64,000 nucleotides of DNA. Source: Leucoraja erinacea (taxonomy: Eukaryota). Numbering within the stretch: the first letter of the stretch is position 1; every line of letters starts with the position of its first letter. Made by a program: the position numbers and the translations under genes. Shown here one piece after another: positions 38,369-51,280 of the stretch. The notes beneath the pieces were generated by a model that was not told the DNA's origin, made no database searches, and saw only the letters and a list, made by a program, of their open reading frames with translations. The stretch covers positions 62,001-126,000 of the forward strand of contig NW_026576151.1 of assembly GCF_028641065.1 (NCBI RefSeq), given 5' to 3'.

Positions 38369-39745
38369 GTTCTCTGTCTTATTCTTGTGTCTCAGAGTCA
38401 AAGAGTCATAGCGTGGAAACAGGCCCTTCGGCCCAACTTGCCCACACCAGCCAACATGTCCCAGCTACACTAGTCCCACCTGCCCGTGTTTGGTCCACAT
38501 CCCTCCAAACCTGTCCTATCCATGTACCTGATTAACTGTTTCATAAAGGTTGGGATAGTCCCAGTCTCAACTACCTCATCTGGCAGCATTTTCCATTCAC
38601 CCACCACCCTTTGTGTGAAAATGTTATCCCTCAGATTCCTATTAAATCTTTTCCCCTTCACCGTAAACCTATGTCCTCTGGTCCTCGATTCATCTACTCT
38701 GGGCCAGACAAACTGTGCATCTACCCGATTTATTCCTCTCATTCCTACACTACAAGGAATAGAGACCCAGCCAAATCAACCTCTCCCTATAGCTCAGATC
38801 CTCTCGTCCTGGCAATATCTGAGTAAATCTTCTCTGTACCCTTTCCAGCTTGACAACATCTTTTCTATAACATAATGCCTAGAACTGAACCCAATACTCT
38901 AAATGTGGTCTACCAACGTCTTATACAACTGCACATGACCTCCCAACTTCTATACACCCTGAGGCTATTTATGTATAGTAAGGGGCTTAGAATGCTTCCC
39001 TGTGTAGCATTGGTGTTGAGAATTAACGTAGTCAATGTTTGTTCACTGGGTCAGGAAGTCGAGGATCCCACTGCAGAGAGGGTTGCTGAGATATAGGTCC
39101 AGGTATAGTTTAATTTAGTTTAGAAAAACAGCGTCGAAACAGGACATTCGGCCGACTGAGTTGGCCCGACCAGCGATCACTCATTCACACTAGCTCTATC
39201 ACACACTAGGGACAATTTACAGAAGCCAATTAATAGGAATGTTACAAAATTTTGAGATTTTAAAAATCAAGCCTGTAATTTATCCCATCAGATAAAACAT
39301 GAAAAGAATTTTAATTTGATACCTAATTCACTTTCATATCTTCAGTATTTAAAATAGTTATGGTCATTTTCACACTCGGAAATTAGCATCTTGTTCCCTA
39401 TTGCTTTTCCCTTAACTTAACACAAAAGCTGTGATCGAGGACAGTCAAAAGTCCATGACTTTCTTAAAAATTAAGAGAACTGAATAAAATTTTTAATTAT
39501 TATAGATTGAAGCATTCTGAAACAAATATAAAACAATCTTACTTGGATGACCTGAAATTAAAGCATATAATTAGTTAATTACCTAATAGCAGCTAATTAC
39601 AAAATTTACCATTGTGACAGAAATAGTTATAAACACCCAGACTGCCTTGAAAATTCAAAAATGTGATATTCTCAAGATCAGAACTTTAATATCATTGTAT
39701 TATATGCTGTAAGTCCGTAACAGATAGGAAAATAAATTACAATTT

Positions 39746-40071
39746 CTAGCAAAAGACTAGGTCTTTATGAAGATCAGTTGCTAGCTGGTACATTGGCATA
39801 TCATAATCAGTATCATCATCATACTCCTCAGATTGTAACCAATAAGCAACTCTTTACACCTTGTTTTTCCTTTTTTCAATTTTGGCATTGTAAACTAAAA
39901 GTTTTTGCTCTTCAAACCACGCATGACCTGCTTTTCTGCCCACTACTTTCCCGTTAAGAATGTCCTGTAGATCATCACATTTGGAGTAGTCCAAATTCAG
40001 ATAATCTCTGCGAATGCTGTCTTTTGCTTGGCATTTGGATTGACAATTTTGCATTTCTTCTTTGGAGACAT
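39746..40071 (-). pseudogene. Decayed terminal coding exon inside the DNA transposon; Spindlin/Tudor-like C-terminus
   Basis: Acceptor TTTTCTTTACATTTTAAACAG| then VSKEEMQNC...GKVVGRKAGHAWFEEQKLLVYNAKIEKRKNKV*RVAYWLQSEEYDDDTDYDMPMYQLATDLHKDLVFC*, with one in-frame stop. Confidence 0.45.
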
Positions 40072-40199
40072 CTGTTTAAAATGTAAAGAAAAAAAACACT
40101 GAACAGCATTAACAGAAACAAGTTATTTGCAGTTTTAGAAAAAAAAAGTGATAATGATAAAGTTAAGCCTTAAAACAAATAGTAAATAACCAACAAAAC

Positions 40200-41937
40200 A
40201 TTCCGGTTTGAGAAACAGATGGAGTAGACGCACTAAACGAGAGCTCCGGTAATCTTATCATTTTAATAACATTCCGCCCTCTAACTTTTACACCAGAACG
40301 AAGTCAGCTTTTCTTTACTTGTCTGACATTTCTTTAGAGTAAATGTTGCCGTCTCTCTAATGGGCTTCGAAGGGTACATGGTCGAGCAAAAAGGAGGATG
40401 TTGACATTAGCTTGGAGGCCATTACCACGCTGCTCGAGCAACATCAAGAGGCACTAGCCATCGAGTTTAGAACTTTGTTTGGTCGGCTCGACTCAAAGCT
40501 AGGCCAAATAAAACTTACAGTGGAGGATCAACGTGTCTCGTCCCTGGAACTTTCTGCAGAGGATCTTAACCAGCGAGTCGTTGACCTTGAGAACATTTGT
40601 TCTACTCTGAGTGGTGACAATACTAAGCTAAAGGCTAAAGTGGCCGACTTGGAGGGCCGAAGTCGGCGACAAAACATACGCACCCTCGGTCTACCGGAAT
40701 CCACTGAAAGCGGACGGCCCACTGAGTTTTTCTCAAGTTTGCTGCGAGAGGTTTTCGGGAGTGAGACGTTGACATCCCCTCCAGAAGTCGACAGAGCCCA
40801 TCACTCCCTAAACGCTAAACCGGCCCCCGACCAGAGACCGTGGCCAGTCATTCTCCACATGCATCGGTACCAGACGAAGGATCTCCTCATCAGGGAGGCA
40901 CGGTGGAGAGGGAAACCCGAATTTTGCGGCAAACAAATTCGGATTGTGGAAGATTACAGCCCAGAAGTTCAGAGCCAGCGGGCAGAGTACAGAGACGTCA
41001 TGGCAGAACTTTTACACACTGGGACTAAAGGCTGCTCTGCTATAACCAGCTCGACTCCATCTCACGTTGTCCGGTGGAGCCAGAAAGTGGATAAACTCAG
41101 CCGAGGGTGTGCAGAAATACATCAACAGCCACCCTAGGCCACCTAAACTCCCACAATGACTCTGTTTAGCGACTTTGAACCCACTGGATGAGAGGTAACA
41201 CTGTATAGCTCTACCGATTGGCACAACGTGCAGCATGTCAGCTAACGTCTGTGGTTTGTTTACATGTCTGAACGTGCTTATTCATCTGGGTATGCTGCTT
41301 ATTTACTAAGATACTTATACAAAATGTCTACAGCCAAATATCACTATATGTGCACTGTCAATTAGAAACGATTTCCAGCTGTATTTTTGTGTGCTGTTAC
41401 TACATATGGCCTGGCCCTATATCTGCGTGTTGTTGCGTTCTAACTTCGGCTCTTTAAAAGCTTTTATGGGCCAGTAAGTAACTTTCAAGCTACAATCATA
41501 TTTTCAAGGACATGTTAACCCATATTCAGTCTTCATAGCCATATTTTTTTGGGGGGCTATTTAGAGACTGTTCCAATTCCACAGCCATTTCACTTTGAAT
41601 TGCCAGATCAACCTTCTCTAACCACAGTAATATATCCTGCTGGAATCCCTGAAGAAGAAGTGGAGCCACAGCGAAAAGAGATACATGAGGAACTTGGTCT
41701 TGATGATAAGCCCTTCCTTTGCCGTTCTATGTCCTATAATTTTCCAAATGATGAGTTACTGAATAAATATCTGAGAAACATACACCAGTACATTTCTCCT
41801 CCGGATACTGAAGACCTCAAGGTACCTTACAAAATTTAACATTAGACAGGAAGATTCGATTTGTAGTACAATGTTTGTTTGGACAGGAAGATCGCTTTGC
41901 TGCTTCTTTCTAAGAGCTTGCTGCTTCTTCTATAGCA

Positions 41938-42005
<68 letters not shown>

Positions 42006-45000
42006 GTCACTGCCAGTAACATTTTAGCAATTTATATAAACACATCATTACACACTAGTAATTTTCAACCTGCACTGATCCGTTTCTTCATATTCAGCCA
42101 GTCATTTGGTTAATTGTATTTACATAATAACTTAATGTTTTTCTTTATTATGCATGGATAGACACATAAAGCTAGTAAGCTGGAACGTCAAAGATTTAAA
42201 CCATCCTGTTAAAAGAAGAAAGGTATTTTCGCATCTTAAACAACTCAAAACAGAAATAGCCTTTGTGCAAGAAACACATATCCGTTGCTCAGACAATGGC
42301 CGTCTCTTGTCAGGTTGAGTGGGGCAGGGGTTTCACTCTTCCTTTCAGGCTAAAGCCAGAATATTTCTTTTGAGAGTCACATAATGTGATCTCTGACAAG
42401 TTTGGTCGGTATGTAATTGTGACTGGAAATTTATATAATACACTGGTAGTATTTGTCAATGTGTATGCCCCTAATGTAGACTATGTATGTTTTTTCGAGC
42501 GGTTATTTTTATTACTGCCAGACCTGAACACATACTCTCTTATATTTGGTGGTGATTTCAATTGTTGTTTAGATCCTCTTTTAGACCGATCCTCTACTAA
42601 CCCCAGTACAGTAAGTAAATCAGCTTGTTTCATCCAAGCCTTTCTCTCAGCTTGTTTCCCAGTATGGTGTCTGCGATGTGTGGCGCTCTTTACATCCACA
42701 AGATAATGAATACTCATTTTTCTCACATGTCCATCATACGTATTCTAGAATTGACTATTTCTTTCTTGATAACCAACTAGTACCCCTGGTTCATTCCTGT
42801 GACTATGAGAGTATTGTCATTTCTGACCATGCCCCAATTGCTCTGGCCTTGTCCCTTACAGATCTCCCTCAAAAGAGCAGGCAGTGACGATTCAATTCAA
42901 CCTTACTCTCGGATGATAAGTTTGTAGAGTTTATGGAAAGAGAGATAACTTTTTTTTACCACTAATACATCCCCTGAAATCTCTAGCCTGATCGTATGGG
43001 ATGCCCTTAAGGCTTACCTTAGGGGGCAGATCAAATAAAGCAGAAATCCAATAAAGAGCGTTTAGATCTTGCTCATCAAATTGGTGAAATTGACAAGCAA
43101 TATGCGCAAACTCAAAATCCAACTCTTTATAAAAGACGATTGGAACTCAAAACCAAATTTGACCTACTCACTACTCACTCAATTGAACACATACTTTAAA
43201 AAAATAAAGCCATGTTTTATACATATGGAGATAAAACGGACAAATTACTTGCAAATCAACTTAAAGGTGCTAAAGCGAGACAGAATATTTCTAAAATCCG
43301 CATGCCTAATGGCCAGTCCACTTCGGATCACTTGCAAATTAATGACGCTTTCAGAGACTTTTATTCCCAGCTTTATACTTCAGAATCTCAACCGGATCAT
43401 AAGGTAATGCATGACTTCCTGAGCAGTCTAAATATTCCCAAACTCTCATTAGATTTTAGGGAAAGATTGGATGAACCTATATCACAGGCAGAAATAGCTT
43501 CAGCCACTTCCTCAATGCAATCAGGAAAATGTCCGGGCCCTGACGGCTTCCCGGCAGAGTTTTTTTTAAGGTTCTCTCTACTCCTTTCCCCACAGTTGTG
43601 TTCCATTCTATCTGAATCCTACAGACAAGGTTCTCTTCCTCCATCTTTTGCCGAAGCCTGTATTACTCTTATCACCAAAAAGGGTAAAGATCCAACTGAA
43701 TGCGCCTCCTACAGGCCCGTCTCCCTTCTAAACACGGATGCTATCATTTTATCTAAGGTTCTAGCACGTACACTAGAGAATGCCCTCCCTACTGTTATAT
43801 CTGAGGACCAAACCGGCTTTATTAAGGGCAGACATTCCTTCCTTAACATACGTCGATTATTAGATATTGTCTACTCTGCTTCTGAGGATGTCCCTGAGTG
43901 TGCCGTATCTATTGATGCAGAAAAAGCATTTGATCGCTTTGAGTGGGTCTATCTATGGGCTGTTCTGGACAAATTTGGTTTTGGAACAAACTTTATTTAA
44001 TGGATCAGGTTACTATACTCTCATCTCACAGCTTCAGTTTGGACTAATTCGCAGTTGTCCAAGTTGTTCGACTTGTATCGTGGAACCCGCCAGGGGTGTC
44101 CTCTGAACCCCATTCTTTTTAACTTGGCCATCGAACCACTTGCCATGGCCGGTATTTGGAGGGGCAGTACACAGCATAAGGCCTCACTATATGCTGACGA
44201 CCTTTTGCTTTTTGTCTCAAACCCAGGCACCTCTCTGCATTCTGCTATGTCACTGTTCAATAATTTTGGTCAATCTTCAGGTTATAAGATAATTCTTGGA
44301 AAAAGCAAACTGTTTCCCATTAACTATGAAGTACAACCCTTGGATCTTACCAACTTGCCATTCAAAATTGAAAAAAACAAGCTCTCATACTTGGGCATTT
44401 CTGTCACGAGGAAATACGAGGATCTTTTCAAAGAGAATTTTATCATTCTGTTAAACCAGATTAAATAGACGCTAACACAGTGGTCACTCTTGTCAATGTC
44501 ACTTGTCGGCTGGATAAATTAAATCAAAATGACCATTTTACCAACATTTTTGTACCTTTTTCAGGCTCTACCGATTTCTATCCCCAGGTCTTTCTTTGAC
44601 CATCTTGACTCAGTTATTTCCTCCTATATATGGAGAGCTAAGCAGCCCCATCTTAATAAGACCCACCTTCAAAAAACCAAGGCTGCTGGTGGCCTGGCTC
44701 TACCAAATTTTCACTTTTATTATTGGGCTGCTAACCTGCGCTGCCTTGCATTTTGGTCTTTCTTTCACAGCCAGCCCGATTGCCCTGACTGGGTAGCCAT
44801 GGAATTACACACAGATGATAATATGTCCATACCTGCACTACTTGGTTCATCACTTCCACTCCCCTCAATTAAATCTGTACAAAATCCAGTGGTTACACAC
44901 TCTTTGAGGATATGGGTTCAATTTAGGAAATGTTTTGGGTTGCATAACTTTTCTCTACTGAGCCCTATTGCATCAAACCACCTTTTTAAACCATCAACTC

Positions 45001-46136
45001 AGGACCATGGAATGGCATAGGAAGGGTATTGTGTGCTTCAAGGACGTGCTTATGGGTAACACTGTAGCATCATTTGAACAATTAAGCAACAAATTCAATC
45101 TTCCAAAGTCAGATTTTTTCCGATACCTGCAAACAAGACATTATGTGTTCTCTAAACTGCCCATCTCTTCTATACCAACAGACACAACCCTTGTTGATAC
45201 AGTTCTTTCTTTAAACCCATCTCAGAATAGACTTGTCTCAGCTTTATATGGCAGGATGTTGGATCTAAGGCGCGCCCCCATGGACCAGCTCAAGGCAGCA
45301 TGGGAGGAAGACTTGGGTTCCTCTCTCTCAGAAGATACATGGAGTTCCATTCTTAAACTGGTTAATTCCACCTCTCTATGTGCTCGTCACTGTCTGATTC
45401 AATTCAAAGTGGTACATTGGGCTCATATCTCAAAAGCCAAATTGTCTACTTTTTACCCTGAGGTTAGTCCATTCTGTGTTAAATGTAAATTTTCTGAAAG
45501 CCTCTCTTATCCATATGTATTGGTCATGCCCCAGCCTTAACAAGTTCTGGCTCGAGGTCTTTCATACATTATCCCAGGTGTTAAACATCAAATTGGAACC
45601 AAAGCCTCTAATCGCTCTTTTTGGGGTCACTGGTGAGGAGGTTAGATTAACAGCAGATAAACGCCGCCCTATATCTTTTGCTTCTCTTCTGGCTCGACGA
45701 ACAATCCTGCTCAGGTGGACTGAACCTACCTGACAGATATTATGTCCTGCCTAAAGCTTGAGAAAATCAGGTACTCACTTCAACATTCAAATGGAAGGTT
45801 TTAGAAAGCGTGGGGACCTTTTTTAAATGCATTCCAGACTTTATAAATGCTTGATCATCAAGCACAGTTTAACAGCTTAACAGTCTACCCATTCATTTAT
45901 CGTGGATTATTGTTGTGACAGGCTGATATTTGCATATGCTCACTGGCAGTGACTGGGGAGGGGTTATTTTTGGTATCTAATTTTTCTTTTACTGTTGTTG
46001 TCTTGTTATATGTCGGCATAAGTTGTTTTTTATTTAATCTTTTCGTACACTCAGTCTGTAACAAATAGACAACTTTTCACTTTGTTATATCCTGAAAACT
46101 AAATAAAAAAGATTTTGATTAAAAATAAAAAAAAAT
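40200..46136 (+). mobile_element. Full-length degenerate L1 (LINE-1 clade), about 5.9 kb
   Basis: ORF1 40412-41137 (DLEGRSRRQNIR..GLPE, EVDRAH). ORF2 about 42155-45846: APE endonuclease (SWNVK, QETH, GGDFN, YSRIDY, SDHAP), RT (PGPDG, YRPVSLLN, DAEKAFD, GTRQGCPL, LYADDLL) and a C-terminal CxxC..H..W.C. AATAAA and an A-rich tail at 46100-46136. Many stops and frameshifts. Confidence 0.93.
41560..41821 (+). pseudogene. UFSP2: UFSP2 (Ufm1-specific protease 2)-like gene fragment within the L1 inter-ORF spacer
   Basis: VPIPQPFHFELPDQPSLTTVIYPAGIPEEEVEPQRKEIHEELGLDDKPFLCRSMSYNFPNDELLNKYLRNIHQYISPPDTEDLK aligns colinearly with recalled vertebrate UFSP2 ([77 protein letters not shown]). It stops before the catalytic Cys box. 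Confidence 0.75.
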
Positions 46137-46904
46137 CATATTCATCAGTTTCATCAAATCAATTAAATTCATCTAAATTCAATTACTAGATCTAAACATC
46201 TATCTATTTCTTAAGAAAAGGCTACATTTTTTAAATAGTCAGTATCCAAATAACAAAATAACAAACTGATCCCATTCACAATATAACATGATTTTTAAAT
46301 CTCACTTTGTCATGAATTTATACGCCAAATGGAAGCAAATTAATGTTTAATTTCCCATAAATTAATCCAGAAACATCCACTCTCAAGATAATCAAAATCA
46401 TTATTTTTTACACAATACATCTGACTAAAACTGTTGTGGATATTTAGTATGAAAATATTGATCATGGATAGACAATAACACAAAATATAGATGATTTTGC
46501 TGTTCTTATGAAATGATTGTGCAAAAAAATAATAAATGTGATTATCTTGAGAGTGGATGTTTCTGTAATGTGATCGATTGGAATGTGGCCGCTACCATGA
46601 ATTAAGCCCCTATCGGCCGATTCGTATCAGGGCCTAAATAACATTTTTCGCATCATAAGATTAATATGAAGCCACACCAAAAAACAAGAAAATATGTTTA
46701 AAATTGACATAACTTTTGCTTTGCCCTGCGATCCATGATGTTGAAGGCATTGAAGGCATTAGAAGTCATGTTTAACTTTAATCCAGCGATGCAATCGACC
46801 AGCAACCTTTTTTTAAAAGCATGGACGCAAGCGCAGAACAAATTTTCTTCATCAGCTAGAAGCCCGAGGAAATCCCTCTCCGACAGCCAATATAAACCTG
46901 TATT

Positions 46905-47226
46905 TTAATCCCAACCCTTCTCAAAAAGTACAGCCGGCTCTGTCCGTTCTTGTACAGGGCCTCAGTGTTCCTGGACCAGCCTAGTTTACTAGCCAGGTAC
47001 ACTCCAAGGCATTTGTACTCCCTGGTAAACTGCACATCCACAACATTGATGGAGACAGGGGACAGGGGTGTTCCTCTCCTTCTAGTCCTCCACTAACTCC
47101 TTAGTCTTGTCGGTGTTGAGCTGCAGGTGATTCAGCCCACACTACTCAACAAAATCATTGACTACACCTCTGTATTCAGCTTCCCTCCTCTCACTGATGC
47201 AGCCCACAATTGCAGAGTCATCTGAA
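46905..47226 (-). mobile_element. Rex1/Babar-type RT fragment
   Basis: SDDSAIVGCI...LQLNTDKTKELVED...EYKCLGVYL..KLGWSRNTEALYKNGQSRLYFLRR. Confidence 0.7.
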
Positions 47227-47718
47227 ACCAAAATAGATGGTATTCTAATCTAGACAGTGAAGATGAATCTCAGTGGAATGTCAGAATTACTGTAGGATCT
47301 CTATTAGCTGGGTATTGCAGGGCAATTGCAGTTCAAATCAGGTAAGTGTGAGGTGTTGTATTTTGGGAAGTTAAACTATGGTACAACTTTCACCGTGAAG
47401 GTGAGGTCTTGACATGTGTTGTACAGCAGAGGGATCTAGGAATACAAATAAGATGATGGAGTAACTCAGCGGGACAGGCAGCATCTCTGGAGAGAGAAGG
47501 AATGGGTGACGTTTCGGGTCGATATCCTTTTTAAGACTGGTTAGGGATAAGAGAGAGAAAGGCAATGATGTGGAGAGATAAAGAACAATGAGTGAAAGAT
47601 ATGGAAAAACGTATTGATGAAAAAGGAAACAGGCCATTGTAAGCTGTTTGTAGGGTGAAAATGAGAAACTGGTGCGACTTGGGTGAGGGAGAGATAGAGA
47701 GAGAGGGAATGCCAGGGC

Positions 47719-49106
47719 CAAAGATCCTATAGCAAAGCAAGATAGGCTACTCCTGCTAAATGCAATGGACTGACGTGTAGTACGCTATGGAGGGGATCAT
47801 GGGCATTTTTCCACGCCCATTTTAGCAACCTGAGCCTACCTAACCCGACCCGACTCGCACTGTAATCAATGTTGCGGGGCAACAGTTTGTGTAGGTTAGA
47901 TTCATAAATCTGTCAGTTCAAACTTCTTGTCAAGAATAAAATTTGATTCTGGTAATTGTCTTTTTTAATGTTTTTTAAATAATTTCTTTTTAAATGGCTC
48001 ACAAGCAGTGTTTGAGTTGATTTTGTAGTAACCGGAACCGACCCGACTCGCAGGGTGATTGACAGGGGGGTAAGTTTTTGTGCGTGCTTATAGGGTTAGA
48101 TTCATAATTCTGTTGATTCTTGTTAAAGAATAAAATGTTTATAAACACACATACATGAAAATTATATAAATGTATATAACACACACAATTATATTTCTTC
48201 TAATCCAATAATGAACTTTATTTCAGACTAGACAAGGGACATTAAATAAGAAACATTGTAAATAAGAAACATTGTAAACCTCCCTGCAACTTCACACACA
48301 CTAGGCCTTATCCCCCGGCACTCTCTCGCCTGCCCCCTTAGTACAATGTCTCCCCCCCCCCCCCCCCCCCCCCCACCTATGCCCCTCTCCTCGCTGCCCC
48401 CCGGCCCCCACACTCTCTCTCCTCGCTGCCCCGGACCCCGCACTCCTTCTCCCCGCTGCCCCCCGACCCCGCACTCTCTCTCCCCTCCCCGCTGCCCCGG
48501 ACCCCGCACTCCTTCTCCCCGCTGCCCCGGACCCCGCACTCCTTCTCCCCCGCTGCCCCGGCCCCCGCACTCTCTCTCCCCGCTGCCCCGGGCCCCGCAC
48601 TACTTCTCCCCGCTGCCCCGGACCCCACACTCTCCTCCCCCCCGCTGCCCCGGACCCCACACTCTCCCTCTCCCTGCTGCCCCGGACCCCGCACCCCCCG
48701 GACCCCACACTCTCCCTCCCCCGCTGCCCCACACTCCTTCTCCCTGCTGCCCCCAGGCCCTGCACTCTCTCTCCCCGCTGCCCCCACACTCTTTCTCCCC
48801 GCTGCCCCCGGACCCCGCACTCTCTCTCCCCGCTGCCCCGGACCCCGCACTCTCTCTCCCCGCTGCCCCGGACCCCGCACTCTCTCTCCCCGCTGCCCCG
48901 GGCCCCGCACACTCCTTCTTCTCGCTGCGGATCCAATCTTTGGCCGGAAGCAAGAAGGCGGGAGCAAGAAAGCGGAGCAAGATGGCGGAACAAGATGGCG
49001 GAGGCAGGTTGCTTAAATGAGGCATAAAATGACCCATGAATCCGCCCATGAACGTACTTCACTTTTGCGTGAGAGTAACCCATCTTGCTCTGCTATAGGA
49101 TCTTTG
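47719..49106. mobile_element. Non-autonomous DNA transposon, P-element-like (CAAAG termini, 8-bp TSD)
   Basis: TIRs CAAAGATCCTATAGCAAAGCAAGAT ... ATCTTGCTCTGCTATAGGATCTTTG. Perfect TSD GCCAGGGC at 47711-47718 and 49107-49114. Confidence 0.85.
48385..48912. repeat. GC-rich minisatellite, unit about 30 bp
   Basis: Tandem CCCCGCTGCCCCGGACCCCGCACTCTCTCT variants inside the P-like element. Confidence 0.9.
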
Positions 49107-50819
49107 GCCAGGGCTACCTGAAGTGAGATAAATCAATATTCATACCACTGGGGTGTAAGCTGCCCAAGTGAAATATGAGATGCTGTTCCTCCAATTTGCG
49201 TTTAGCCTCACTCTGACAATGGAGGGGACTGAGAACAGAAAGGTCTGTGTGGGAATGGGTAGGACAATTAAAGTGTCCAGCAAACGGGAGATAAGTTTGG
49301 TTCAGGAGGGCTGAGCGAAGGTGTTCCGCGAAACGATCGCCCAGTCTACGGTTGGTCTCGCCGATGTATAAGAGTCCACATGTTGAACAATGGATACAGT
49401 AGATGAGGTTTGAGGAGGTGCAAGTGAACCTCTGTCTAACCTGAAAGGACTGTCGGAGACCCTGGACAGAGTCGGGGGAGGAGGTATAGGGACCGGTGTT
49501 GCATTTCCTGCGGTTGCAGGGGATGGTACCTGGGGAAGGTGTGGTTTGGTTGGGAAGGGATGAGTTAACCAGGGAGTTGCAGAGGGAACGGTCTCTGTGG
49601 AAGGCTGAAAGGGGTGGAGATGGGAAAATGTGGCTAGTGGTGGGATCCCGTTGGAGGTGGCGAAAATTCGGAGGATTATATGTTATATGCGATGGCTGAT
49701 AGGGTGAAAGGTAAGGACTAGGGGGATTGTCTCTATTGCATTAGGGGGAGGGGGAGCAAGGGCGAAGCTATGGGGTACTGAGGTGACACCAGTGAGGGCC
49801 TCATCTATGTTGGGAGAGGGGAACCCCCATTCCCTATAGAATGAGGATATCTCATATGTCCTGGTATGGAAAACCTCATCTTGGGTGCAGATGCGGCATA
49901 GACAGAGGAATTGGGAGTAGGGATAGAGTATTTTGTAAAGGGTGGGAAGAAGTGTAGTCGAGATGGTTGTGGGAGTCAGTAGGTTTGTAATAGTCATCAG
50001 TCAATAATCTATTTCCTGCGGTGTTGACTGTGAGATCAAGCAAGGGGAGGGAGGTGGCGGAGAAGGTCCAAGTAAATTTGAGTGCAGGATGAAAATTAGT
50101 GGTGAAGTTAATGAAGTCCATGATTTCTGCATGGGTGCAGGAGGTAGCACCAATGCAGTCATCAATGGAGCGGAGGTAGAGTTCAGGGATAGGGCCAGTG
50201 TACACCTGGAACAGGGATTGTTCGATGTACCCTACAGAGAGGCATGCATTGGTGGAGCCCATGTGGGTGCCCATAGCTACTCCTTGGACTTGGAGGAAGT
50301 GGGAGGATTCCTTGCATAAATCCCCTCCTTTATCCGTGAATGATCCTACCTTCTCTTCAGTTGCCCTCCTAATTTCAATGTACAGGTACATGTAAAATGT
50401 CTCAGGATCCTTTGTTACTCCTACCTGCCAAGGACATGGCCTCTTTTGGCTGTCCTAAATCCCTGTGTGACCTCTTTCCTGCTTTCTTTATATTCCTCAA
50501 ATTGATTTCATTTTCCTAAACCCTATTAATGCTTCATTTCGATAGACACAAAATGCTGGAGTAACTCAGTGGGTCATGCAGCATCTCTGGAGAGAAGGGA
50601 TGGGTGACGTTTTGGGTCGAGACCCTTCATCAGACACCAAACCCTTAGTCCGACGAATAGTCTCGACCCGAAACCTCATTTTTGGTGTAAACCTGCATCT
50701 CCAGTTCCTTCCTACTAATTTGTAATGCTTCCTTTTCCTTTTTGGCCATATTTACACCTTGTCTCATCTCATTCTCTCTTCTTTTTACTGCAGCATTCCC
50801 AGAACTGAACTCTGAACTC

Positions 50820-51280
50820 TTTGAAACATATAAAATTGTTATGGACTTCGACCCGCTAGAGGCAGGAAACATGTTCCCGATGTTGGGGGAGTCCAGAACC
50901 AAGGGCCACAGTTTAAGAATCATGAGTAAGCCATTTAGAATGGAGATTCTAGTATGCATTTCGTTGTCTCTATACTGTACACTGACAATGACAATTAAAA
51001 TTGAATCTGAATCTGAATCTGAATCTGAGATGAGGAAACACTTTTTCTCACAGAAAGTGGTGAGTCTATGGAATTCTCTGCCTTAGATGGAGGCAGGTTC
51101 GCTGGATGTTTTCAAGAGAGAGCTTGATGGGGCTCTTAAAAATAGCAGTCAGGGGATATGGAGAGAAGGCAGGAACGGGGTACTGATTGGGGATGATCAG
51201 CCATGATCACATTGAATGGTGGTGCTGGTTCGAAGGGCCGAATGGCCTACTACTGCACCTATTGTCTATTGTCTATTGTG
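50820..51280 (+). mobile_element. CR1 LINE 3' fragment with a small (ATCTGA)n-tailed insertion
   Basis: AGNMFPMLGESRT...KPFRME[insert]MRKHFFSQKVVSLWNSLP; (TATTGTC)n tail. Confidence 0.8.

Larger units (their letters stand above)
39234..46860. mobile_element. DNA transposon (superfamily unassigned), split by the L1 insertion; longer relative of 61765-62804
   Basis: Left TIR TAGGAATGTTACAAAA. 39234-39600 and 46180-46350 align with contiguous sequence in the 61765 copy. The right end was not found. Confidence 0.7.
47450..50315 (-). mobile_element. Penelope-like retroelement 3' half, interrupted by a P-like MITE
   Basis: QVQGVAMGTHMG, LRSIDDCIG, FHPALKFTW, YYKPTDSHNHLDY; GIY-YIG region about 49150-49440; pseudo-LTR 47450-47718. 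Confidence 0.85.

Noticed and set aside
41938-42004. 67-nt poly-G run in the L1 spacer (and the poly-C run near 34204-34266)
   Set aside because: Homopolymer length is unreliable and may be a sequencing artefact. No function can be supported.
48385-48912. Possible CRISPR-like repeat array
   Set aside because: Direct tandem units with no unique spacers, in a vertebrate context with no cas genes.
48228-49083. Overlapping ORFs of up to 260 aa in several frames
   Set aside because: Artefact of a stop-free 30-bp GC-rich minisatellite.
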